Of a DNA stretch of 64,000 bases, positions 1-13,349 are shown in pieces; position 1 is the first letter of the stretch, and each line of letters opens with the position of its first letter. The notes under the pieces were generated by a model. The model worked only from the letters and a program-made list of their open reading frames with translations. It was not told the origin of the DNA and did no database searches. The translations under genes and the position numbers were made by a program. The DNA comes from Lama glama (taxonomy: Eukaryota), in contig CM052817.1 of the NCBI GenBank assembly GCA_028534125.1, positions 88,042,001 to 88,106,000 of the forward strand. Reading direction: 5' to 3'.

Positions 1-60
1 TTACTACTCATTTTAGGTTCCCCTAATATGGACTGTGAATTGAGGGCTGTTATGATACCA

Positions 61-500
61 TTTTTAAAATTTTATTGAAGTATAGTGATTTACAATGTTG
101 TGTTAGTAGAAACTAGCACCAAAAAGTATACAGCATAGTAATTCAGTTATACATACACACATACATATATTCTTTTCATATTTTTATTATAGTTTATTAC
201 AAGCTATTGAGCATAGTTCCCTGTGCTATACAGTAGGACCTTATTGTTTATCTATTTTATATATAGTAGTTTGTATCTGCTAATCACAAACTCCTAATTT
301 ATCCCTCCCCTCCACCTTTCCCCTTTGGTATTCTATGTCTGTGAGTGTGTTTCTGTTTTGTAAATAAGTCATTTGTGTCATTTTTTAGATTCCACATGTA
401 AGTGATACCATATGATATTTGTCTTTCTCTGTCTGACTTACTTCACATAGTATGATAATCTCATAAGTCCATCCATGTTGCTGCAAATGGCATTATTTCA
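61..500 (-). mobile_element. L1 3' end (cetartiodactyl-type 3'UTR), 5'-truncated
   Basis: Reverse-strand L1 3'UTR hallmarks: tttattgaagtatagt...atagttccctgtgctatacagtagg...gattccacatgtaagtgat...gtccatccatgttgctgcaaatggcattatttca. Confidence 0.9.
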
Positions 501-1174
501 GTATCTTTTGCCTATTATTTTAAAGCCAGATTTTTGTGGGGTTTTTTCATCTATGTTAAGATTTATGTTTACATTTCAAAATAAACTGAATGGCACTATA
601 TAATTTTTTAGCTAAAAATCAACCCTTCTATTAATCTATCAGTTGTTGGTATCTCAAGTCCAATTATTCTCCAGTTTCACTAGTCTTCCAACTCATAGAT
701 TCCACCACCATATTTTCATTGTCCTTCACACTATTGCTACTCTACCTTCCTTCTTTAAGTAGCTTAAATTTCATTATCAACCCTTATACTTAACCAGTCC
801 TCTGTGTACACTGTCAAATCCCTTGCCCTTTTCATGTCTCCATTCTGCATTAAGTCCAAAGCATACTCATTGCATACTTCTATACGCATGCAGCTGAATG
901 AATCTAGAGTAACACACCCCACAATGCTGGGTGATAGCTCTTTAAATTCACAATTACTGGCCTCAAGCAAGACACAAACACTTCATAATGCTTAACTGTC
1001 CTATACTGGTTTTGTCCAGATCTCTTAAATGACATTTTCACATATTCCACTCACTCCTCCAACTGGCAACCCACTCTCACTTCTTCTAGCTAATGAGCTT
1101 ATCTCTTGCTTAGCTGGCAAAGTCATCAAAGGACTTTCACAGACTCCTATCATGACACTATTACAACATCCAAC

Positions 1175-1311
1175 TGTCAGTTCCACTCTGCATTGAACAA
1201 CTTCACTGGCCACAATTTGTATTTATTTCATTGAATGCTAATCATTAGAGCAAAACTCTATAGAATATATTGTTAAGGGTGCACCCAGGAGTTGTGCAAT
1301 TAGCAGCCTTG
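1175..1311. mobile_element. Possible MER91-like hAT MITE remnant inside L2
   Basis: 'gcattgaacaacttc...ggtgcacccaggagttgtgcaattagcagccttg' resembles the MER91 inverted arms; highly decayed. Confidence 0.4.
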
Positions 1312-2298
1312 CCTATCAATGCCTGTGCTCATGATGTATCAGTTTTGCTTTTCTCTAAATTCAATCCCATCGCATTGTGCATAGTCAAAAAATGACTAGA
1401 TCGATTCTCCCTTCTCTCTCCTACACCAAGATTTTTCTCTTCACAGGATTTATCCATTAGCATGGAAACATGCTATTATTTCTTTTATGTGGGAAAAAAA
1501 ACCCCAATCTTCTCAGGATCATCCCCCTTTCCCTTTTTATCTACTACTCAATTTCTCTAATCCTCTTTGTAGAAAAATTTCTAAAATAATCCTCTCTACA
1601 TGTTGCTTCTTATTCTCTCATAAATCTTTTTCAGTAGATTGCTTCCCCCACTGCTCAACCCAAAACTGTTCTTGTCCACTTACAAATTGCTAAATAAAAT
1701 GGTAACTTCTAAGTCTTTATTTTACCTTACCTGTAACAGAATTTGAGAAAGTTGAATTCTTTCTCCTTGAAAACTATTTCTTGGATCCCAAATCACCACA
1801 TTCCATCCATTTGCCTAATACCTCACTGATTAACTCTCCTTTGTCTCTATTCTTGGTTTTCCCTCTTCTCTGTCATTTTTTTTACTGTTGAATGGCCTTA
1901 TCGTTCAGTTCTTGATCATCTCCTCATTTCTATCCATACTCATTCATTTGATGATGTTATACAAGTTCTTGCCTTTAAATAATGCGTATAAATATGTGGG
2001 TGACCACCATATTTGTGCCTTCAACCAACTGTACTTCAAACTACAAACATAAATCCATAATCATTTTTCGCTTAAGAAATATGGCTAAATTTTTTATATC
2101 TGAACAGGAACAAAATATATATCTTCCTCATGTTACCACTCATAAAACTACAGATCACTGATTCTTGATTAAAGAAACTGAAAGACATGCCAAATATGTT
2201 CTCATTTGGTAGAGATTATTTCAGATCTGCAGTTATTATCATATTTAACATATGCTATTTCTACTACCAAGCATCTCAAATTTAAAATGTCACAAACT

Positions 2299-2475
2299 AA
2301 ACAAGTTTATACTGTATAGCACAGGAAACTATATTCAATATCTTGTAGTAACTTATGGTGAAAAATAATATGAAAAGGAATATATGTATGTTCATATATG
2401 ACTGAAGCATTGTGCTATACACCAGAAATTGACACAACATTCTTAACTGAATATACTTCAGTAAAAATAGATATA
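2299..2475 (+). mobile_element. L1 extreme 3' end (camelid-type subfamily) inserted in L2
   Basis: tactgtatagcacaggaaactatattcaatatcttgtagtaactta...gactgaagcattgtgctatacaccagaaattgacacaacat; near-identical to 12634-12787 and to the reverse complement of ~5885-6050. Confidence 0.9.
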
Positions 2476-4122
2476 AAAATGTCTTTAATGTCATAAACTC
2501 ATTCCCCAATATATGCTGTTCTTGTGGTCTTTGCGCCTCAGGTAGCTCTGTTCTTTCAGTTGCTCAAGACAATAACTTTGGAAGTATGTTGACTCATCTC
2601 TTTTTTCTAGCATGCTTATAATCTCTCAGTATATCCTGTTAACTCTACCTTCAAAATATATTGAAAAACTAAATACTTTTTTTCTACTCAATTCTACTCA
2701 CTTCAACCAGCTTCAAGATTCTAACATCCATCACCCAAAGTACTGCATTAGCATCCTTACTTGTCACCCTGAATCCACACTTTCTCCTACATTTTCTTCA
2801 CAGTGATTATTGCTCATGTATCTCAAAGTCCTTTATTTGCTTTCTAAATTATATGGAGCAATAGTCTGCATTCTGAAAAATATCTACATAAAAGGGACAT
2901 TCAGAATTGATGAAATATAGAGATATTATTAATCAAGTATAATTTTTTCTTGTATACAGTGTTGGATATGTCATCTTTTTTCAAGTTTTATACAAAAGAT
3001 ATATTCAGATAAATGTAATATTAGTGTAATAAAGAATATAAGGTTTTGTATTTTAAGAATCAGTAATTTAACTTAGCTACTCAACTCTAAGAATGAATTT
3101 ATTTGTGAAATCATGCTTTTGCTTGTGAATAGTAATTATATTTAATTCTATTTATATAGACTTATGGAAAGCAGAAATTTGCTGTGCAATTTGAATGCAA
3201 AAATTTTGTTATTCTTCTTAAGCATAAAAGTGGTTGAAAAGAAAGCTCTGAAGGAGTTCAGTATTCCAAACCAAATCCATTTTTTTCTAAAATGATACCA
3301 AACAAAACTTTTTGAAGAATGAAATTTCTTCAACATCATCAAAATATGTATCTTTACTTCTTTGAATGTTTGTATTTTATTTAGGAATAGAGATAAATGT
3401 CATTTCTCATTTTTCTTTGACATCCTAGGCAGATACATGCATGGATGAATTTCATAGCCTTTTTACAAAATAGAAAGTTGATCCAATAGGTCTGAATTTA
3501 ACCTTCATTTTTTTTTCACACACACAGACGTATACATACACTCAGATAACACAGTCCCAATGTGACTTGAAATATTTCTTTAAAAAAACTGATTTTACTC
3601 TTCTAATATTGATTGACCATATTTAAAACTTATTAGTGTATGTTCTTTATTGCACAAAATATGTAATATTTTAAGTAACAGAATGTACTATTTGCTGAAT
3701 AATCAAATTAAATACTGTATATAATATTGCTTGGTTATAATTTAATTAATAACTAATCATAATTCCTTTCCATAAGTTTTCTATTAATCCTCCTTTTTGC
3801 ATATTAGAATTTCATGTTTTTGCATTTAATTAGAAAACATTTTGCTAATTTCCGTAAAGAAAATAACAATAACAGTGTTTTGAAGTCAGTTTTACATATC
3901 ACAATTAATATTTTCATTGTGTTTTTTATGTCTTGAAAGCCACATTGGCTTTTTTTGTCTGTGAATTTCACTGCCTGTGTCATTAAATAAGTGAATACAT
4001 ATTTAGAACTTACTTATATGTGTTTGTCATCAGTACTAAAAGATGTTACTCATAGTAATTATTCACTGGATGTTCAAGCATAGCAAAAATCATTGAAGCC
4101 TGATGAACTAAATTATTGAGAA

Positions 4123-4153
<31 letters not shown>

Positions 4154-4161
4154 TATACATA
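4123..4161. repeat. Compound (AT)n(AC)n microsatellite
   Basis: atatatatatatatacacacacacacacacatatacat. Confidence 0.9.
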
Positions 4162-4179
4162 TCAGAAAGTAAGTTGTTT

Positions 4180-4540
4180 TATATGGAGTCATTTGTGCCT
4201 CTTAAATCCTTACACTATTTTGTCTCTCTCCCCACTAGTAACCACTAGTTTGTTCTTCATATCTGTGAGTCTGTTTCTTTTTTGTTATATTCATTCATTT
4301 TATATTTTAAATTACACACGTAAGTGAAAACACACAGTATTTGTCTTTCTCTGTCTGACTAACTTCACTAAGCATAATACCCTCCAAGTCCATCTATGAT
4401 GTTCCAAATGGCAAAATTTCATTCTTTTTTATGTCTAAGTAATATTCTATTGTATAATTATACCACTTATTCTTTATCCATTCATCTGTTGATGAACAAT
4501 TAAGTTGCTTCCATATCCTGGGTATTGTAAATAATTACTA
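4180..4540 (-). mobile_element. L1 3' region fragment (L1MA9-like/older)
   Basis: gtaaccactagtttgttct...gtatttgtctttctctgtctgact...atccattcatctgttgatgaacaattaagttgcttccatatc. Confidence 0.85.
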
Positions 4541-4899
4541 ATTATTTAGATTAAATTATTTAATTAAATAAAATAATTTCAGAAGCAAACAGTATTTAAG
4601 TGGATGATATGAAAAGGAAAATCACTAATCTTTGAAAGAGGTAAAATTTTCTCTTTTTGATAGTAAGTAAATTGATAAAATGTTTCTAAGTACTCCTCAA
4701 CTTACTACTCAAAAGAACACATGCATACACTCACACATTATGAATATAAAACAAGCATCTCAAATATTGCTTTTAGATTTTAAAGAGCATATTGGTACTT
4801 TGATTTATTTGGAATATCATTACCTACTTCAGAATTTTATAATAAAATCAGACTGAAAAAAAACTTCTAAAACACAAAAGCATTAACCAATCAGTTCTC

Positions 4900-5100
4900 T
4901 CAGGAGATAGAATGGAGTGAGTTGAGGTAATTGACTACCAAAGTCATGAAGAAATTTTATGGGACAATAGAACTGTTTTATATTTTGATTGCAGCAGTGG
5001 TTACATGCTAGATGCCTTTATCAAAAACTAGAAAAATTGTCTAAAAAGGATGAGTTTTATTACGTATAAATTTTACCTCAATAAACCTGAGTTAAAGAAA
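4900..5100 (+). mobile_element. Old L1ME-type 3' end
   Basis: ttgactaccaaagtcatgaagaaattttatgggacaatagaactgttttatattttgattgcagcagtggttacatg...tataaattttacctcaataaa. Confidence 0.7.
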
Positions 5101-5875
5101 AGGCTTGTGAAAAAATACGATTTTATACATATACATATTTATACATACATATATAAATGCAAGTTATTATATTTTTGTAATGGCATTTCATAAGCAGTGG
5201 AATTTTGTTTCTTAACTTCTGAATATCACTGCATGCATCATGTAAACATAATTTCTAAAGTACTGTTAATTGATTAATGTAATCTCAGAATGGAACAAGT
5301 TTTAGAAATTTATTTTTGAATTGAGTATTTCTTTTTATTGTAAGATTAATTGCTTTTATTCCATACTATACTCCTCACTCTAAGAGTTACTATCATTTTT
5401 CTTTATTCTCTCATTTTAAAAAAATTAAGGCATTTAGACCCTGAATTGATATGAAAATTACCTTTTTATTGATTTATTGTATTGTGAAATCTGACATGAC
5501 TCTATCATGTGTGATATTTGTAATATTCACTTGTAACAGTTCTACCTTTTTAAAAATTCTCTTCCATTTTTGAATTCTGTTATACGGTCTTCTTAGACAT
5601 TAACTCTTATCTTCTATACAATAGATATTAACTCATATTTGAAATCAGAAGTAAGAGAGAATTCCTTAGCAAGTTGCTTAAATGTCTGAAAAATAAAAAG
5701 TATGCTCATTCTTCCTTTAACTGTTACAAATATATGAACAATTCCTACCTAAAAGCATCCATTAAATTCTACCTGAGACAAAATAAGATTGAATAATAAA
5801 AAAATGCTTATGGAGGAAGGAACTACAGCAAACTAAAACTAAATAATTTATAATAATAGATTGTCATTAATTTTT

Positions 5876-7786
5876 AGATATGTATATTTTTTATTGAAGT
5901 GTAGTCAGTTTATAATGTGTCTATTTCTAGTGTACAGCACAATGCTTCAGTCATACATGAACATACATATATTCATTTTCATATTTTTTCACCATAATTT
6001 ATTTCAAGATATTGAATATAGTTCCCTGTGCTATATAATATAAAATTGTTGTTTCTCTATTTTATATATATTAGTATCTGCAAATATCAAACTCCTAGTT
6101 TATCCTTTCCCACCCCTTCCCCCTATTAACCATAAGTTTGTTTTCTGTGTCTGTTAGCCTCTTTCTGTTTTGTAAGTAAGTTTTGTTTGTTTGTTCTAGA
6201 TTCCACATATAAGTGATATACGGTATTTTTCTTTCTCTTTCTGGCTTACTTCACTTAGAATGACAATTTCCAGGTCCATCCATGTTGCTACAAATGGCAT
6301 TATTTTATTCTTTTTTATGGCTGAGTAGTATTCCATTGTATAAATGTACCACAGCTTCTTTATTCAGTCAGTGTGGATGGACATTTAGGTTGTTTCCATG
6401 TCTTGACTATTGTATATAGTGCTTCTATGAACACTGGGGTGCATGTATCTTTTTGAATTGAGTTCCCTCTGGATATATGCCCAGGAGTGGGATTGGTGGA
6501 TCAGATGATAAGTTTATTTTTAGTTATTTGAGGAATCTCCATACTGTTTCCCATAATGGCTGCACCAAACTACATTCCCACCAACAGTGTAGGAGGATTC
6601 CCTTTTCTCCACAGCCTTTCCAGCATTTATTGTTTGTGGTCTTTTGAATGATGACCATTCTGACTGATGTGAGGTGATACCTCCTTGTAGTTTTGATTTG
6701 CATTTCTCTGATAATTAGCAGTATGGAGCATTTTTTCAATGTGTCTATTGCTTAGGTCTTCTGCCCATTTTTTAGTTTGGATTGTTTGTTTTTTTCTTAT
6801 TAAGTTGGATGAGCTGTTTATATATTCTGAAAATTAAGCCTTGTCAGTCTCATCTTTTGCAAATATTTCTCCCATTCTGTAGGTTGTCTTTTTGTTTTTC
6901 TTATGGTTTCCTTTGCTGTGCAAAAGCTTGTAAGTTTACTTAGGTCCTACTTGTTTATTTTTGTTTTTATTTCTATTTCTTGGGTAGACTGCCCTAGGAG
7001 AACATTGCTAAGATTTATGTCAGATAATGTTTTGCCTATATTTTCTTCTAAGAGGATTATGGTATCTTATCTTATGTTTTAAGTCTTTTAGCCAGTTTGA
7101 GCTTATTTTTGTGTATAGTGTGAGGGAGTGTTCTATCTTCATTGATTTACATGCAGCTGTCTAGTTGACATTTGTAATATTCACTTGTGACAGTCGATGT
7201 TCTACCTTTTTTTAAATTCTCGGTTTTGAATTCTGTTATACTGTCTTCTTAGGCATTAACTGAAGAGACTATCTTTACTCCATATATTCCATATATTCTT
7301 ACCTCCTTTGTCAAAGATTAATTAATGAAAAGTCTGTGGGTTTATTTCTGGGCTCTCTATTCTGTTCCATTAGTCCATATGTCTGTTTTTGTACCAGTAC
7401 CATGCTGTTTTGATTACTGTAGTTCTGTAATGTCTAAAGTTTGGGAGGGTTATTCCTTCAGCTTCATTCTTTTTCTTCAGTATTGCTCTGGTAATTCTGG
7501 GTCTTTTGTGATTCTATATAAATTTTAGGATTAGTTGTTGTAGTTCTGTTAAAAATGTCCTGGGTAACTTGATAGGGATCACATTAAATCTGTAGATAGC
7601 TTTGCATAGTATGGCCATTTTAATGATATTAATTCTGCTAATCCAGGAGCATGGGGTATCTTTCCACTTCTTTAAATCATCTTTTATTTCCTTAGTCAAT
7701 ATTTCTCCATGTCTTATACTTACTTGGTCCAATTTATTCGTAAGTATTTTATTTTCCAACAACAAATAAAAAAGATTATACATCGT
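5876..7786 (-). mobile_element. 5'-truncated L1 (ORF2 C-terminal region + 3'UTR) with 17-bp TSD, short 5' inversion and internal templated insertion
   Basis: Perfect TSD gattgtcattaattttt at 5859-5875 and 7787-7803. Minus-strand ORFs 6524-6739 ([15 protein letters not shown]...[18 protein letters not shown]) and 7514-7840 ([40 protein letters not shown]) are L1 ORF2p segments; the frame is disrupted. Confidence 0.95.
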
Positions 7787-10700
7787 GATTGTCATTAATT
7801 TTTTATAAAACAATAAGATAATAAAACACATCATTTGCAAAATTTCTGTAAAGTAGGTGATGTGGAGATTTTTCTGGCTAGTTTGTTTTAGTAAAATCTA
7901 TTTCAAATCTGTAAGAGCAATAAAGACTGGAGGAAAAAGAATATATTCTCTTATTTCTGAATGTAAAGAATTAATAAATGATATATATTTTTAAAATAAT
8001 AAAAAGAAAATGCCAATAACTATTCAGCTAATATTTTACCTTCATTTTGCCCATAAGATCTTTGAACTTTACATGAATAAGATTTTCTTCAGACTATTAT
8101 TATTACTATTATTTTGTAAACTGGAAAAATAGGAAAACATTTCAGAGAATTGGCATATTAAGAAGTAACAAATTAAATAATTTGTTACCTTTCCTAAAAT
8201 GTACGTGAATACCACCAATTGAATTAAAAATTGGAGTGAGCAGCAAAACTGCACAGAAAACATTTGATACACAGAATTATTTATTTTAACACATAAACAG
8301 CCTTGCCATTTACAGAACTTCCTGGTACTTATGTTCACAATTGTCTTTCTTATAAAGCATTTATATGGGACAGATTAGCATCTTAGATACTAATAAAAAT
8401 TCATATGTGTAAATACATAATGTAAATGTGGTTATGTTATTAATAGAGTCTTATATCCAGATTTTGCCTATATTCATTTTTATCACTAAAAAGAGAATTC
8501 TATAATATAAAACTATTTTAAGTATATATAAGTGCTTCAAATTAGTTATCTTTTACATTTGTAGACGACAACTAAAATGTATACTTTTAAAACTTAGCAA
8601 AGAAGAATTTTTGCTCTCAGGAAGAAAAGTATTTCATGTCTTTAATTCTTGGCAACAAGCAGTTTCTGGTATTCCATTGGGCTTAATAATTTTTTGTTGA
8701 TTCATAATTAGCTGAAAGGTAAAAAGAAAAAGGAAAATGTTTAATCGATTCCAATGAATAATTATGTTGACTTGTCTAGTGGAATAAATTCCTTGAAGCT
8801 AGAAAATGGCATATTTGTTGTATACTCTACAATTTGTAAACCAGGGCTTAAAGTAAAACAAATGGTAAAATCAGATTTTAGGAAAAATTGAATATATTAT
8901 TTATGGAAAAAATTAATACAGGATATAATTGAAACCAGAAAAGATTATGGGACTTGTATGGAATCTCTACTCTTGTAAAGTTTAAACACATTCTGTCTTA
9001 AGTAATGTGTCTGGCAGAGGAAATCACTTGTTTTTGATGTCTATCTCTATAGTAAATATTCATTGAAAAAATATAGTCGACACACATATGATCCCATCAA
9101 CAGTAATGGTTGGTCTTCACGTTAATAACTAAATAAAATTCCTCTTCCTGACAGAAAGGTCTGTGCCTTGGGGAGAATAAAGTTCTGAGAAAGTAAACTA
9201 CTATTTTCTTTTATAAATGTGGAACTTTTTAACAATTTCCAAGAGCAAGAACTGAATATATATTGCCCAATGTTAAAAAAGTAGCAGCACATTAATCAGA
9301 AAGAAAGACTTCATTGTTTGCACAGATGGGTACAGCTGTAGGACAGAGCTGCCCCAGAGTGCCAGAGTGAAGAAGAAGCAGATTCTCCCATTTTATAACA
9401 AAGTTGGCAGAGTAGCTGAGTAATTACTTGTCAATATAAAATCATGCGGAAATTGACTATTTTCTTCTTTATTTTGTTTATTGTTACTTACTTATTTTGT
9501 TTATTGGTGTTCTTTGCCTAGACATCATTAAAAATGGATTTCACAAAAAGTAAAATAAATATGATGACTACTCAAGTACTTAGACTTAGGAAGGAAAACA
9601 AATCTCATCCTATTTTGCCAACATGCTTTTTTTTTTTTTTTTGGTTCATGTTCTTTTTAGCCTTATTATTTTCTTCTTCATTTAGTGATGAAGTTTATCA
9701 GAAACTAGGGTAGCTAATTTAATTTTATCTGAAAATAAAGTCTCAGTACACATCTTTCTATGGGTTTAAATAATCTTATTCTTAATTTGGCAAAACTGAA
9801 CAGTGATAAAAATTTTAAAAAAGGAACAGAACAAACTTTTTATAGGAATGTGTTTTATTTTTGTAAAGTAATCTAAACAGTTCACAAGGCAAATGTTAAA
9901 AAAAGGCATCTATAGTAAAAATTCATTCAACATCATAACAAGTCACTCATACCTGCTTTCCTCGAAGCAATGTTAAGAGTTTATAAAAAAATTATCCCTA
10001 CCAGTTTATCTTTTATATCATTCCTTGATTTTTATTTTTTCTTACTCAGCTTTACAAAATTTTCCATTTTTTGTTTTGTCTTGAAATCAAATGCAGTTAG
10101 AAAACTTAGTAGAGATGCCCACAAATTTTATGAAAAAAACAAAGCAACACTTACTTGCTTTTTCAATAAAATATTTCAAATTACAAATATGCTAATTACA
10201 CTCCACTCTGGTGGAAGAGAAGATTAGATAAATGTACCACAATAAAAACTGATGGGTGCTCTGTGGCTCCAGAGAGAACAAGTTGTTTGCAACGGCAATA
10301 TTATAAATTAACTGATGTCACCAAAGCACCACAGATGTCAAATGCTTTTGCGATTCTGCATGGTCAACTTCCTCCTTGATATATAATTAAAAGGTTTATC
10401 AAGAGTTTGAATAAAGCTAACATTCAATGGCAAACAAAGCATAGGGAACATAAACCATTTAATGAATTTGGTACTTCATACTTTTATAGAAATTGAAACA
10501 GTAAAGGGAGAATCAGATATTAGTAAGTTACCCTTACATTAATTTTTAGTTTAGTTTGTTTGTTTGTTTGTAATTTTATGTGAGATTTAACTGGCACACC
10601 ATGATTCTGTTAACCAGAGTCTTTCTGACTCTGATGGAAATAATCACCTCAATTAAGAAGCTAAATTGAAGAAAATTACTTATATCATTTGTCAGGTAGG

Positions 10701-12633
10701 AAGGTCTTCATGTTTTCTCTTTATTTTGGTTCAATGGTTTCTTATTTCACTTAGGGCAGAAATTATACACACACTCATGCACACGTTAATACCCACAAAG
10801 CTGATATTGGAAGTTAATTCTACAAGTGACCAAACTGAGAGATGATAAAGTTATCAATTAATCAAATATAAAAACAAATGAGTGTAAGAGATGTCTGAGG
10901 GAAAAAGTGAAATATGTGTTATATCTATCTTTTCTCAGATACCTATTTTCAATGACAATTGCCTCATAGTATCTTTCTCCCTTTACCTTTAACAGATAAA
11001 CGTAACACTTAGTGATTTGTGGGATAAAGAGTTGTATTTGGAGAAGAAAAAAATCAAGATTTACAAATGTCCATCTCTACGCAGATTAAGTGTAATTTAG
11101 TGTGAGCAAATATAGAGATGCAAAAATCTAAAGAAAAAAGTGACATAAAGAAAGAAGTATATAGAACTGTAAAATGATGTCTTTCATTGCTAAAGATTCT
11201 TTTTCACATAATTAAACCTTTTCACATTACTTTCCTTCTCTAAAAACACAAATTTAAAGTGAAGGTCTAATTCATTAGCTTCTGTGAAGATTAGTGGGCA
11301 TGATTCTCAAAAGTAGTTTGCAATTGTAAGAAAGAGGTATAGGTATTCAGTACTAGAAATTAAATCTATTTTTCAAAATGTGTCATATTTAAAATAAAAA
11401 CTATTTATTAAAATCATATATATTGAGTTACTATATGGGCTATTACAGTTTTTAAATGTGTGTTTATCGGGCATTCCTAAAATGAGATGTAGCAAAGTTA
11501 TCCTCCTGATATATTAAACATTTTAACTTGACTTAGATATCCTACAAGTATGATATCCTTTGTTCATGCATGTTAAGATTCTAAATGTAAAGCAATTTAA
11601 TTTTATCAAAGTTGATTTTTAAAAATCATACCATATCCAAAATTTTGCAAAAACGTGTATAATTCATATAGTGAAATCACAGCTTGTTTAATATTATCAA
11701 TTCTTGATATATTTGCCATTTTTAATTTTTTTCATTTATTTAGTTACTTTCTTTAAGTTAATCTCTGCATTATTTACTTTGATTTCATATGTATAAATTG
11801 ACTCAAATAATTTATTCAAATAAGAAACATATAGGCAGGCACAAAAGACCTATATGACATCAAAAATGATTAAAAAAATAAAAGCCTAGTCTCAGATTCT
11901 GTAGGCTTATTTTCTGCTTCTAAGTTGTGACTTCACTGATCCTTAAGTCCTATATGGGTTTAACCTCCTTATTTGCTAGATTCTGTCTTTGACAATAGGA
12001 CTACTAACTCATGGCATTTTAATCTCAGAAGTTTCTATAAGGAGAGAAGCAAAGTCCCTGACTTTGTCCTTCTGTTGTAATTGTTGGTTTGTTTGTTATA
12101 CTTGCAAGGATCTACGGCTTAATATATATTTTTTTCAAGGCATAGTCCTCTCTGAATCACCTGAGTTGATGTGCATATACTTAAAGAAAATAAGATAAAA
12201 AATAATAACTATATATGGGGTTGGGGTGGGACTCAAAGTTTTACTTAAGGAACGAAAGTAAAGATATCTATACTTGGAGAAACATCGGTAATTATTTGTG
12301 GATAAGAATTGATTTGCCAAAAATACCAACACTTCCAAATTATTTGAAGTTTTAAGGCAGTTTAAATCACAATTATGTTTTTGGAAAAAATCTTAATATA
12401 GTCATTCTAAATTTGTGTATATATAATATATAAATACAAAAGATATGAAGATAATATATATAATACACACGTGCACAGGTGCATTTTTAAATTAGTAACA
12501 GTAATGTAAAAATGAGTTACTTGAGTAACTGAGGGAGTTTGCCCTGCTTGAACTTAGCATTTAGCTTATGTTAGTGGCATATGCAAAACAACAGGTAATA
12601 TGGGATAAAAATACGATAAGAAATACACACACA

Positions 12634-12787
12634 GTATAGCACAGGGAACTATATTCCATATCTTGTAGTAGCTTATGGTGAAAAAGAATATGAAATTGAA
12701 TATATGTATGTTCATGAATGACTGAAGCATTGTGCAGTACACCAGAAATTGACACAACATTGTAAACTGACTATACTTCAATAAAAA
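12634..12787 (+). mobile_element. L1 extreme 3' end (camelid-type) with TSD
   Basis: 3'UTR ending ctatacttcaataaaaaa; 16-bp TSD aagaaatacacacaca (12618-12633) / aagaaatacaaacaca (12788-12803), 1 mismatch. Confidence 0.92.
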
Positions 12788-13349
12788 AAGAAATACAAAC
12801 ACATATGTAGACATTTATTATGTGATAAAATTCACAATTTGGATTAAAGCTGAAATGATAGCCTATGGAATAAATAATAGTGAGAAAACTTATTAAGCAC
12901 AAGTACAAAAGCAAAGTCAGTTCAGAAGAACTAAAGAGTTTGAGTTTAGAAAAGGAAACTTAATCAAGATAGACATTATGTTGATGTGAGAAAGAGTTCT
13001 ATGTAACTTTTAAAGAAGGAGTTAGAGGTTTGACTACCTAAGTATTCCTAAATAATGCCATACAATTTAAAAGTAAATAGCACACTGAAGCAGAATCTTT
13101 AAATGCAAACTGTAGTAACAGTTAATATTTTACACCCACAGAGTGCTTTTAAAAAGTCATTCCATGGATATGAAACCTTTGTAAAGTAAGAAAAAGTCTC
13201 CAGGAGACAATGTCTAACAAGTTTATGTATCTATGTTAAATCTTACCAAACAAGTGAAACTATAACCACATTGCATACCAACTTTTTAACTGCAAAATAA
13301 ATTAGTATAGAAAAGGGGAGAAATAATAATAGGTATGGTAATTGTATAT

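Larger units (their letters stand above)
640..2830 (+). mobile_element. LINE2 (L2) ORF2/RT relic, interrupted by younger insertions
   Basis: 1686-1735 reads IAK*NGNF*VFILPYL, matching L2 RT 'AKSNGHFSVLILLDLSAAFD'. Downstream 'gcatctcaaa', 'tttcagttgctcaagacaataactttggaagt' and 'ctctaccttcaaaatata' resemble L2a. Outer boundaries are approximate. Confidence 0.75.

Noticed and set aside
6524..7840. ORFs 6524-6739 and 7514-7840 as genes
   Set aside because: Fragments of L1 ORF2p in a truncated, frame-disrupted element
2297..12814. Apparent paralogous peptide family (MLCQFLVYSTMLQSYMNIHIF...) in ORFs 2297-2509, 5861-6043 and 12566-12814
   Set aside because: All are antisense translations of the same L1 3'UTR
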